Source of the DNA: Candidatus Bathyarchaeia archaeon
Lineage (GTDB): Archaea > Thermoproteota > Bathyarchaeia > Bathyarchaeales > Bathycorpusculaceae
Length of the DNA stretch: 64,000 nt
NCBI GenBank assembly: GCA_038882955.1
Contig: JAVZNC010000004.1
Coordinates: 96,001 to 160,000 of the forward strand
Direction: 5' to 3'
This document shows positions 49,302 through 58,671 of the stretch, piece by piece (position 1 is the stretch's first letter; the number at the start of each line of letters is the position of its first letter). The translations under genes and the position numbers were made by a program. The notes under the pieces are model-generated. The model was not told where the DNA came from. It did not search any database and worked only from the letters and a program-made list of their open reading frames with translations.

Positions 49302-50876
49302 TTATTCTGGCGGTAGTTCTCCGTAAATGCTTGTTGGTGGTATTCCCTTCTTTTGATTTTTATGTGCGTAGTAAGCAAAGTGCAATGCCCCTATGAAGTA
49401 AGTTACAGCTATCAACAGGCCGCTGCTCACAGTAATTGCAGACGTACACAGAATGTATAGGTAAAGCATCGAGCTAATAGCGCCTGTAATGGCCACTAAG
49501 GGTATGCCTGCTAATCGCCATTTAAGTCCTTTTTCCCATATGTGTGGTTTAGAGAATGGAAATTCAGCTTCTGACCAGTGCTGCCACATACTGGCGAATG
49601 CATAAACCCAGCTTATACCCATTATTACAGGTATTAACGCATCGAAGAACACACATAGTACCGCTGTAATCGTCGAAACTGCGAACCACCATATAGTGCC
49701 AACGTAGGGGCTGTTCCATCTTGGGTGCACTTTTGCAAAGATTTCAGGACCCATTCTGTCCATTGCCATGGCAAACATTGGACGCGACGTATAAATTGAG
49801 TTTATAACCATATCTGCAAAGTTACCCCATTGAGGCGCCCAAGCAACCAATGTTGCGAAGGACGGGTTGTCCGCAACCAATACTGCAGCATATGTGCTTA
49901 CGCTTGGAGAAAAGTTTTGATTCAGTGTAAATTCGCTAGCATAACCATTTTCCACTATGAAATTGTATCTCAGTGAAAAGTCACCATAGGCGTTCGTGTA
50001 GGCCGCTGATAATGAAACATTCACAACTAAAACGATAAACGCGGCGCCCACCATGCCAAGAGGCACGCTTTTAGTGGGTTCTTGCACTTCGCCAACCACG
50101 GGCTCCAATACATAAGGCCATGTGTTCGCCACGGGAATCAGCAGTGCAGCGCCTATGGCTTCCCATGTAAACACTGGTGTTTGGTATCCATGAGCATTAG
50201 ATATACTTATGACTTCGTTGTAGGCGCCTATACCAAAAGTTTGATCCCATTTCGACTGCAAAGTTGCTGGAGAGGTCAAAACAAGCGGCACAAGCACCGT
50301 TATATATCCGAACATGGCGAGAATGCCCCAGAACGCCACCCACTTTCCAATTATTCCAGGTCCTAGTCCATCAACAAGTGCACCTATCACTTGCATAAGC
50401 ACCGTAACTCCAAGCGCAAACATCGGCTGCATTAACGTAGCTCCCGCGTTTAGGAGAGGATCTAACTTGGTGATTGAGCCTACTATTTGAAACAGGGAGC
50501 CCATGGATACTGTTCCAAGGTACGCGTTTGCCCCTCTGCTTATTGGGTTTGTAATGTAGCTTCTTGTTGCCTCCATTATTCCAAGCATTGGAGAAACAGT
50601 TCTGGAGATTGGAATGTAAGATGAGCCTGATCTGGGCATCGCGACATAAATTAGGGATTCGCTGAAACATGCGAAGGCTACGATTAGGTTAGCAACTCCA
50701 TATAACAGCGGCAGGTTTATTCCTGGATACCAATTTGGAAGCACCGCCATCAGATAGAAGTGCCACGGCAATGTGCACGAAGTAGCTATGCCAAAGAATA
50801 TTGCTTGCCAAGGCGTAATAGCACGTCTGAGACCAGAAGCTTTCCTAACAAACAATAGAGGCTTTTCCTTCTCCAT
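49302..50876 (-). CDS. APC family amino-acid permease
   Basis: FVRKASGL, AMPRSG, GEV and R..FAMA.D motifs; ~12 TM. Confidence 0.88.
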   Translation of the reverse strand: MEKEKPLLFVRKASGLRRAITPWQAIFFGIATSCTLPWHFYLMAVLPNWYPGINLPLLYGVANLIVAFACFSESLIYVAMPRSGSSYIPISRTVSPMLGIMEATRSYITNPISRGANAYLGTVSMGSLFQIVGSITKLDPLLNAGATLMQPMFALGVTVLMQVIGALVDGLGPGIIGKWVAFWGILAMFGYITVLVPLVLTSPATLQSKWDQTFGIGAYNEVISISNAHGYQTPVFTWEAIGAALLIPVANTWPYVLEPVVGEVQEPTKSVPLGMVGAAFIVLVVNVSLSAAYTNAYGDFSLRYNFIVENGYASEFTLNQNFSPSVSTYAAVLVADNPSFATLVAWAPQWGNFADMVINSIYTSRPMFAMAMDRMGPEIFAKVHPRWNSPYVGTIWWFAVSTITAVLCVFFDALIPVIMGISWVYAFASMWQHWSEAEFPFSKPHIWEKGLKWRLAGIPLVAITGAISSMLYLYILCTSAITVSSGLLIAVTYFIGALHFAYYAHKNQKKGIPPTSIYGELPPE

Positions 50877-51061
50877 AGTCTCACATCAAGACATCCGAAA
50901 TTTCAAACATAACTATTTAATACTTTGTTAACAGCAACAGTTTTTCTTGATAATTTTGCATCATGTGGTTCATAATGGAAATTTCATAATCAAAGCCTCA
51001 CACGTATATTGTTAGTAATTCCAACAACTTTAATTCCATCATCCTAAAAAGCTCTTTAACA

Positions 51062-53032
51062 TCACCCTTTCTTTTTAGGTAAAATTATACCGTTACGCTC
51101 TAGCTGCTGCGCAACGCTAAGTAAACCAAGCTTTTCCAATGTTTCTCTGTAAGGCCAGCTAGTTTCAGGATCCCACTCGTGAAGTTCATAATACCTATTT
51201 AACATGGCGTCTAGCTCCTGCTTCGAATTCGTTAAACCCTTGTATGGTCCAGACAAAACAGGTTCGTTCATCAACCGCCATGGCAAATCGTCAAGTTTTC
51301 TGTCTGCGCCTTCTCTGATGTTGAAGCATTTTTCGAGAGTTACTATGCGTCTTCCAGCTGTCATAATTGTTTTCTCGTCCATTGGTATGCCTGTTGCCAA
51401 ATGGAACATTTGCGCCATATTTTCTGGGTTGACTGCGTATGCGGCGGTTGTTGCGAAGGCGCAGAAGCCCAAACTGTCAGTAACCGCGTAGCAGTCTTCA
51501 TGCCAACGCACAATTTCAGGACGATATTCAACATAATGTGGTTGAGCCCATTTTTTGTCCCCTGTAATTTTCTCTATTAGGGCCACTGCTTCTGGACTTG
51601 CGCCGAATTCTGCAATTGTTTCGGTGTGAAGGTGATCGGGACCACGTGGGTTGACGGCAAACGCTAATGCGTAAGCTTTTGCTGATCTCGTGTCAACATT
51701 AGATTGTTCCAGTCCCTTGGAATTGCACACTGCCCATTTCCAACTTTCCTTACCAACTTTTTCAGCGGCGCGTTTTGCCCCATCAGCTAAGAGTTTGCCA
51801 AGATTACCCCTTCTAAAAGCAATACGGTGAATGGTTTCAATCATGGCTTCGGCGTTTCCAAATTTTAATTCAATCCCATCTGTGTCCTCTCTTGTTAGAA
51901 CGCCCCTCTCAAAGCTTTCCATAGCCCAAGAGATAACAGCGCCTGTTGAAATCGTGTCAATCCCATAAATGTTGCACAATTCACTTGCCTTGATTATTGC
52001 GTCTGTGTCGATTACAAATGGCTGAGCACCCAACGCCTCAAAAGTTTCAAATTCCGGCCCCCCGGTATATGCGCCGTCATATGGACCGCTCTTTGCTTCC
52101 ACAAACCGGTGGCAGCTTATTGTACAGCTAAAACATCCGACTCTTCGTAGCAAGTATTCCTTCTCTACTAGATTTTGGCCGGATAAAGGTTTAGGGTCTG
52201 GCAGATTGTCGTAAATAAAATTACGATTTGGAAGTCTATGCAGCTCATTATCAAGCTCGAATGAATTTGCAGTTCCGTATTGGTAGAGCGTTTGGGCTCC
52301 GCTGTCCTTCGCCACGTTCATTCGCACTGCTAGGGTTAGCTCTCTGAATTCGTCTGGTTTCCACAATTCTATGCTTTTGGTGCCTCTAACGGCTATTGCT
52401 TTGACGTTCTTTGAGCCCATCACTGCACCTGCTCCGCCTCTGCCAGCAGCATGATAAACGGAGTTCATGACAGCAGCAAACCTCACAAGGTTCTCTCCAG
52501 CCGGTCCGATGCATGCGATCTTGGCCTCCTTGTCGTTTAACTCGTCGGTTAGTGCTTCAGTTGTTTCCCTCACATCTAAACCCCAAACATGTTTGGCATC
52601 TCTTATCTCAACATTTTCATCTTGTAGCGCTATGTATACAGGCTTTTCCGCTTTCCCATGAAGAACTAGGTGGTCGTATCCTGCGAACTTTAGTTCGGCG
52701 CCCCAGTGCCCACCCATGTTCGTTTTGAGGAAAAGATTTGTCATTGGGCTTTTGCATGTAACTGTTGTTCTACCAGAAGATGGCGCAGTGGTGCCTGTGA
52801 GAGTGCCAGTTCCAAATATTAGGACGTTTTCCGGTCCGAGCGGGTCTATGCCAGATTTGGTGATTAGATTCCACAAGAGTTTGGCGTTAATTCCCCTGCC
52901 GCCGAGGAAAAGTTCGCATAGTTGCTCGTCCAACCCTTCTGTCCATATTTTGCCTCTCGATAAGTTTATGTGAAGAATCTTCCCTTGCCAGCCGTACATC
53001 TTACCTCCAAATGCTTTCACGGTAACCTCCAC
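51062..53032 (-). CDS. aor: Tungsten aldehyde:ferredoxin oxidoreductase family protein
   Basis: GGRG, KSP, IGPAGE, GAVMGSK, C..C...C, GPEFET and DTIS motifs. Confidence 0.93.
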   Translation of the reverse strand: MEVTVKAFGGKMYGWQGKILHINLSRGKIWTEGLDEQLCELFLGGRGINAKLLWNLITKSGIDPLGPENVLIFGTGTLTGTTAPSSGRTTVTCKSPMTNLFLKTNMGGHWGAELKFAGYDHLVLHGKAEKPVYIALQDENVEIRDAKHVWGLDVRETTEALTDELNDKEAKIACIGPAGENLVRFAAVMNSVYHAAGRGGAGAVMGSKNVKAIAVRGTKSIELWKPDEFRELTLAVRMNVAKDSGAQTLYQYGTANSFELDNELHRLPNRNFIYDNLPDPKPLSGQNLVEKEYLLRRVGCFSCTISCHRFVEAKSGPYDGAYTGGPEFETFEALGAQPFVIDTDAIIKASELCNIYGIDTISTGAVISWAMESFERGVLTREDTDGIELKFGNAEAMIETIHRIAFRRGNLGKLLADGAKRAAEKVGKESWKWAVCNSKGLEQSNVDTRSAKAYALAFAVNPRGPDHLHTETIAEFGASPEAVALIEKITGDKKWAQPHYVEYRPEIVRWHEDCYAVTDSLGFCAFATTAAYAVNPENMAQMFHLATGIPMDEKTIMTAGRRIVTLEKCFNIREGADRKLDDLPWRLMNEPVLSGPYKGLTNSKQELDAMLNRYYELHEWDPETSWPYRETLEKLGLLSVAQQLERNGIILPKKKG

Positions 53033-53221
53033 TCCCTATGCGAAGAACAAGCTGAAACGCGCGCGTTCTATATAACCTATACATATGTTTAAATCACTTC
53101 TGTTCATGAATACGCTAGAAAAATAGTTACTTAGAATATAAGTCTTAAGCGCGCTGCACTGCTGTTTGTAATTGTGGTTAGGCTTTTAATTGAAAAGTTC
53201 ATAATAGAATTGGGTGCCGCC

Positions 53222-53674
53222 ATGTCTAAAGGCGAGTCTAACATGACTTTTCTAGAGTCTGAGTTAAAGGGAAAAACGCTTCTTGTATACTGGTATTTGC
53301 TTCAGCAATCCACACATACGGTTGGCGTCCGCGAGGTTCAACGTGCCTTGGGTTTTTCAAGTCCAAGCATAGCGGTGCATCATCTTGAGAAGCTTCAGGA
53401 TTTGGGTCTTGTTCGTAAGAGGGCGACTGGCGAGTATGTGCTTGAGGAGGAGGTTAAAGTTGGGATTTTGCGTTTTTTCACGCGTATGGGACGTTTTCTT
53501 GTTCCGCGATACTTGTTTTATTCTGTTCTTTTTCTCACAATGCTTATCGCTTATTTAATTTTATGCATCATAAACCAGTTGGCTCCAAACTTGTACGCTT
53601 TAATTTTTGGCTCTGCTGCAAACATAATACTTTGGTTTGAGACCTTTAGATTGTGGAGGGCGAAGCCCCTATGA
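53222..53674 (+). CDS. Membrane-tethered wHTH regulator
   Basis: GVREVQRALGFSSPS.A.HHLEKL followed by two C-terminal TM helices. Confidence 0.82.
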   Translation: MSKGESNMTFLESELKGKTLLVYWYLLQQSTHTVGVREVQRALGFSSPSIAVHHLEKLQDLGLVRKRATGEYVLEEEVKVGILRFFTRMGRFLVPRYLFYSVLFLTMLIAYLILCIINQLAPNLYALIFGSAANIILWFETFRLWRAKPL

Positions 53675-53752
53675 GGCTTTTACATGCTGTTCTAAAGTGT
53701 AGAATTAAAAGAGCAAGTGCGCTATCTAAACTTGTGAAGGTGTAAGCGAGCC

Positions 53753-54049
53753 TTGAAGAAGATTGTGCTGTACTGCGTGGCGGCAGCTATCCTTGGAATA
53801 ATCCTCGTAGTTGGTCCGCTTTTTGCGCTTGCAATGTTCAGAAATGAGTCTTCAGCAGTTCCGGTTTTCCTTCGCTCTGAAGGGTTAAAGGAACTTGAGA
53901 AAGAAACGTATGGTTCTGACACTTATTCATATTCAAATTTTGACGTTGGAATCTTGGTGTTATGCTTTTTTATAGCCTTAACCGTTTACTTGATTTTCAA
54001 GCGCAGGTCACCATATTCAGAGAATGTTTGGTTTAGGTACCTGTACTAA
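53753..54049 (+). CDS. Two-TM membrane protein
   Basis: Hydrophobic N- and C-terminal helices. Confidence 0.65.
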   Translation: MKKIVLYCVAAAILGIILVVGPLFALAMFRNESSAVPVFLRSEGLKELEKETYGSDTYSYSNFDVGILVLCFFIALTVYLIFKRRSPYSENVWFRYLY

Positions 54050-54123
54050 TTTTGGTACAAACGTGTTCTGAAACATAGCATTAAGTCAACTAAACACGCT
54101 TGTTATAGGCAGGTGAGTTCGAA

Positions 54124-55896
54124 ATGATTAAGGGAAAAGTTGTATTGTTAACAGTGTTAATCGGCTTAAGCATGTTTCTAGCACTGTGTAGCAACACTGA
54201 GTATGGCACAGCCGCACTTAACAAGTTCAGGTCATACGATGAACTTAAAGAGTTTCTACAGAAGCCAAGACCATATTATCCGCCAGACTACGCGTTCTTT
54301 TTACCCGATGGAAATGCGCGGGTGCTCTCAGAAAGCTACGGAAGCTACGGCTACTCAAAAACTAACATTCAAGTTGAAGGCGTTGACGAGGCAGACATCG
54401 TTAAGACTGACGGCGAGTTCCTTTACGTAATTTCGGGACAAAGCGTAGTCATTGTTAAGGCTTATCCACCAGAAGAAGCTGCTGTCTTGTCCAGAATAAA
54501 TGTGAATGGCACTTTGAAGCAGCTCTTTATAAACGGCGACAGGCTTGTGATTTTCTATGAAGGAACCGTCCAAACATTCTATCCCGAAGTTATCGGCAAA
54601 GCATATTCTGGATATTGCGGTGAACCAAAAACTTTCATTCAAATATACGATGTTTCATTCAGGGAATTTCCAACACTTAGAAGAGAAATAATTGTTGAGG
54701 GACACTACTTCAATTCTAGAATGATAGGCAACTATGTATACGCTATTGTCATGCGGAGCGCTTGCATAAACAATGATGAAGTGGAACTTCCAAAAATCTG
54801 CTTTGATGGCGAATGGAGAGAGATAGATGCGACTGAAATTTACTACTCAAACGTTTTGGATTACGCCTACATATACACTACGATAGTTGCCGTTAATGTG
54901 CAAAGTGATTGGCAAGAACCAACCTATGGACCGTTGCTTTTAGGCGCAACTTCGACGCTGTATGTTTCGTTGAGCAATATTTACTTGGCTATAACAGACC
55001 ACCACAACACGTATTTGCATAGAATCCACGTTGAAGACGACGAAATAACCTATGTTGCTGATGGACAGGTTCCAGGCGTTGTTCTTAACCAGTTTTCAAT
55101 GGACGAGTATAACGGATACTTTAGAATTGCCACATGCTATGGTGGAATAAACAGTTTATACGTTTTAAACATGGACTTGGAAATAGTTGGCAGTCTCAAA
55201 GACGTAGCCCCGAGAGAGCAGATTCACTCAGCACGGTTCATGGGCGACATTTGCTACCTCGTGACATTCAGAAAAGTTGACCCATTCTTCGTCATAGACT
55301 TGGCTGACCCATACAATCCCAAGGTGCTTGGCGAGTTGAAGGTTAGCGGCTACTCGGATTATCTGCACCTTTATGACGCGAATCACGTTATAGGCGTCGG
55401 CAAGGAAACAGTTCCAGAGGAAGAAGGCGACTTCTCATGGTATCAAGGCGTAAAAATTTCGCTTTTCGACGTTACAAATGTAAGCAGTCCAGAAGAAATT
55501 GCAAAGTACATTATAGGCGAGAGAGGCACACACTCGCCAGTTCTAAGCGACCACAAAGCTTTCCTATTTAACAAGGAAAAGCAGCTTCTAGTAATACCCG
55601 TACTTGTTGCGGATATTAACGAAAGCAAATACCCACAGGGTGTTCCGCCATGCGTTTGCGGTGAACCCGTTTGGCAAGGCGCATACGTGTTCGCAGTCTC
55701 TCTGGAGCTTGAAGAGAAAATCGTTTTAAGAGGCACTATAACACACATTGAAAACGGCAACGTAATGGACAGCACGCATCACATTACGAGAGCACTGTAC
55801 ATAGGCGACGTCTTATACACAATATCCGAAAGCAAAGTTAAGATGAACTCGCTGCTCGACCTAAGCGAAATAAAAGAACTAAACCTTAAAGCTTGA
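54124..55896 (+). CDS. Secreted beta-propeller domain protein
   Basis: TNIQVEGVDEADIVKTDG, NQFSMDE, VDPFF and GYSDYLH motifs. Confidence 0.9.
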   Translation: MIKGKVVLLTVLIGLSMFLALCSNTEYGTAALNKFRSYDELKEFLQKPRPYYPPDYAFFLPDGNARVLSESYGSYGYSKTNIQVEGVDEADIVKTDGEFLYVISGQSVVIVKAYPPEEAAVLSRINVNGTLKQLFINGDRLVIFYEGTVQTFYPEVIGKAYSGYCGEPKTFIQIYDVSFREFPTLRREIIVEGHYFNSRMIGNYVYAIVMRSACINNDEVELPKICFDGEWREIDATEIYYSNVLDYAYIYTTIVAVNVQSDWQEPTYGPLLLGATSTLYVSLSNIYLAITDHHNTYLHRIHVEDDEITYVADGQVPGVVLNQFSMDEYNGYFRIATCYGGINSLYVLNMDLEIVGSLKDVAPREQIHSARFMGDICYLVTFRKVDPFFVIDLADPYNPKVLGELKVSGYSDYLHLYDANHVIGVGKETVPEEEGDFSWYQGVKISLFDVTNVSSPEEIAKYIIGERGTHSPVLSDHKAFLFNKEKQLLVIPVLVADINESKYPQGVPPCVCGEPVWQGAYVFAVSLELEEKIVLRGTITHIENGNVMDSTHHITRALYIGDVLYTISESKVKMNSLLDLSEIKELNLKA

Positions 55897-55910
55897 AGAA
55901 GGGAGCATTT

Positions 55911-56045
55911 ATGACTTTAAGTGAACTCATCAGAATGCTTGGAGACTTCGTCGAAGTGGCTATGACCATCCTTTTGGCTTACGTTGCGTACAAAGTTGCT
56001 GTTTTGGTGGATGCGCTTAACAACAAGTTAAAGCGAGAAGGCTAG
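55911..56045 (+). CDS. 44-aa single-TM peptide
   Basis: GGGAG RBS; MTLSELIRMLGDFVEVAMTILLAYVAYKVAVLVDALNNKLKREG. Confidence 0.5.
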   Translation: MTLSELIRMLGDFVEVAMTILLAYVAYKVAVLVDALNNKLKREG

Positions 56046-56293
56046 AGGAAGTCTAAAACATGATTAAGAGACAAGAATTGCTCCAACAACACAACATAGA
56101 AGAGAAGAAAAAGGAAAACGGTGGTTCCTTAGGAGCTTATCCCAATGCACATAATGGAAAAATCATTGTTCAAATGCAAGTTTGCATCTGCTGCGGTAAA
56201 ACATTTCCATTCAAGAAGGGACGAAAAACTGTCCTTACTGTCAAGCAACGCTTAAAGTGAGGGCTATGGTGCTTAAAGTTCCATAAAAACCAA

Positions 56294-57073
56294 TTATTTT
56301 TTAACCATTTTTCTTGCGAATGTTATGTAGCCAGTATGCCCAACCATCAGCGTCTGTGGGCGGGTTTTTCCCCTTTCAGCTTGAATCCCACGCATTAGGC
56401 ATTCAACGGTTTCAACATCGACGAAATTGTTTTCTTTTAGGGCTTCCACGGTTTTCACAACTTGGTCTATTGTGGGGCTAAAAGAGACAAGCGTCCCACA
56501 TGATTTTAAGGCGTTGTAGGCATGCGGAACCACAAGCCAAGGCGTAGCCAAATCCAGAATTACGGTATCCACATCTGACTCGTCTATGCCAGCAGTGACA
56601 TCTTTATTTTTGAGTTCCACAAAATCTGCCAAGCCTGCCCTCCGCAAGTTTTTCTCCGCAGTTTCCAGAAATTCATTTCTAATCTCGTAGCTGTAGACTT
56701 TGCCGTTCGGCTTTACGTAGTGGGCTAGAGCTGTTGTTAGGGCGCCTGTTCCAGTTCCAGCCTCGACAACGCGGCTTCCAGAGCCTATGCCGCTGAACAT
56801 TATTATTAGGGCGATGTCCTTTGGGTATGTTATCTGCGTTTGCCTAGCCGACTTCATGATGTAATCGCGCAGCAGAGGCTTTAGGGCTACAAATTCAATG
56901 CCCATGTTGCTGACAACTGTTGAGCCATACTCTTTTCCAATTAAATCATCAAATTTTATGAAACCCTTATGCGTGTGGAAGTTTTTTCCAGCTTCCACTT
57001 TGACAAGATAGGTTTTCCTTGGGCTTAGGTATAGTAGGACGTAGTCGCCTTCAGTTATTTTCTGGTCTGACAA
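56294..57073 (-). CDS. trmI: tRNA (adenine-N1)-methyltransferase
   Basis: TQITYPKD, EAGTGTG, YEIR, LDL..PW and HTGY motifs. Confidence 0.95.
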   Translation of the reverse strand: MSDQKITEGDYVLLYLSPRKTYLVKVEAGKNFHTHKGFIKFDDLIGKEYGSTVVSNMGIEFVALKPLLRDYIMKSARQTQITYPKDIALIIMFSGIGSGSRVVEAGTGTGALTTALAHYVKPNGKVYSYEIRNEFLETAEKNLRRAGLADFVELKNKDVTAGIDESDVDTVILDLATPWLVVPHAYNALKSCGTLVSFSPTIDQVVKTVEALKENNFVDVETVECLMRGIQAERGKTRPQTLMVGHTGYITFARKMVKK

Positions 57074-57082
57074 TTGTGGTCA

Positions 57083-58576
57083 CTAGGGCGTGTATTTGAA
57101 TGGATGCTTTGCGCGGTCTTTGTTTTCCATAAGCTCTTCTATGTTTGGTCTGCCTTCTATGGCTTTGCGGATTGCGTGGCGCATAGCCTTATAATTGTTT
57201 ATGTAAACGCGTTGTCTATCCACGGCTGTTGGGTGAACGAAAACATTTGCGATTATAATCAAGTCTTCAACCGCTTCTTTCGGAATTGTGCCGTCAGCGA
57301 CGCTGTCCACGACTGCTTTGGCTACGGCTGTTTGGGCTGGTCCGTAAACCATGCTGGCTTGACGCATGCTCGTGATTGTAACCGTTGGCACTATTAGGGT
57401 TACAGGTTTAACCGTCAAGTTTGGCTCCAGAATCGCCAACAAGGGCTCGTGTCCAGGCGTCGGTGCAGCCTTAGCCTTTGCAAAGGCTTCGCCTACTGGG
57501 CCGTCTTTTTTGCCTATGACTAGGTCTATGTGGGCGACTTCTGCGCCAGACCCGGCTAGGGCTTCGCCTACACGCAGTTTAAAGTCTCTTATGGTTTCTG
57601 GTGTTATGTTTATTGCCATGAACCTTTCTTCTATGGGTTTTTCGGCGATTTCGAAGGTTATGGGTTTTGGCGTTATCTTACCTATCTTTTCCAAGTCTAG
57701 GCGTAGCTCTTCTCTTGATTCGTAGGTTAATTCTCCGCCAACGCTTAGCGGCTTTCTAACTGGACCAACTTTGATTTTCATCATGTTTAACGCCTCTTTT
57801 GCGCCTACCGCGCCGCTTCCAGCTATTATTCTGGCTATTTTCTGCACTTTATACTGGAGTTCACGGGCTTTTTGCAACTCGCCACTTTTTACGTGATTGT
57901 AAATTTGAACCCAAATGTCTGGTATCACATTGGCGCTTGCGAGGATGGCGCCGGAACATCCAGCGGCTAATGCGGCTACAACAACTTCGTCGTGTCCGCA
58001 TAAGACATTGATTTTGTCTCTTACTTTTTCCAGAACCGCCAGAATATAGCGCAGCTGTCCGCTGCTGTCCTTTAAGCCAACAATGTTTGGAATTTGAGCC
58101 AAGTCTTCAACCATCTGCCATGTCAATTCTACGCCCGTGCATTGTGGAATATTGTATAGGATTATTGGCAAGTCCACTTTGCTTGCGATTGTATCAAAAT
58201 GCTCGTATATGCCGCGGTCTGCTGGCTTCAAATAGAAAGGCGTAACGATTAAAGCGGCGTCACAACCCACATCCTTCGCGTACCGCGTCATCTCCAAGGC
58301 TTGGTCTGTTCCGCTTGCGCCTGTTCCAGCGATAACTGGAACTTTTCCATTAACCTCGTCAATGACGATTTCTATTACGCGTTTCTTTTCTTCAGTTGTC
58401 AAATTAACGAATTCGCCTGTTGTCCCGCATGGAACAACGCCATGCACGCCCAACTCAATACAATGCCTAACCAAAGCGCGAAGCCTTTCCTCGTCAACGG
58501 TTTTTCCATCATCCGTGAAAGGTGTAACCAAGGCGGGTGATATCCCTTCAGGTTTAAACATTGTTTGTGTCTCCAA
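57083..58576 (-). CDS. DapA-family aldolase fused to formaldehyde-activating enzyme (Fae)
   Basis: N-terminal GTTGE, YNIP and GLKDS; C-terminal VGEAL.G...AHIDL..G...GH..LLA...GPAQ..VA.AV. Confidence 0.9.
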   Translation of the reverse strand: METQTMFKPEGISPALVTPFTDDGKTVDEERLRALVRHCIELGVHGVVPCGTTGEFVNLTTEEKKRVIEIVIDEVNGKVPVIAGTGASGTDQALEMTRYAKDVGCDAALIVTPFYLKPADRGIYEHFDTIASKVDLPIILYNIPQCTGVELTWQMVEDLAQIPNIVGLKDSSGQLRYILAVLEKVRDKINVLCGHDEVVVAALAAGCSGAILASANVIPDIWVQIYNHVKSGELQKARELQYKVQKIARIIAGSGAVGAKEALNMMKIKVGPVRKPLSVGGELTYESREELRLDLEKIGKITPKPITFEIAEKPIEERFMAINITPETIRDFKLRVGEALAGSGAEVAHIDLVIGKKDGPVGEAFAKAKAAPTPGHEPLLAILEPNLTVKPVTLIVPTVTITSMRQASMVYGPAQTAVAKAVVDSVADGTIPKEAVEDLIIIANVFVHPTAVDRQRVYINNYKAMRHAIRKAIEGRPNIEELMENKDRAKHPFKYTP

Positions 58577-58671
58577 CCTTTTAGTTAAGCATACACTTTA
58601 TATCATTTAAGCTTTGAATATTGAAAGAAGATTCTGATATCATCTACTATTTGTAAAATTGAAGGAGAGCA

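Noticed and set aside
57690-58576. Annotation as plain dapA (lysine biosynthesis)
   Set aside because: It lacks the DHDPS Arg in YNxPxRTG, is fused to Fae, and has no dap/lys neighbours.
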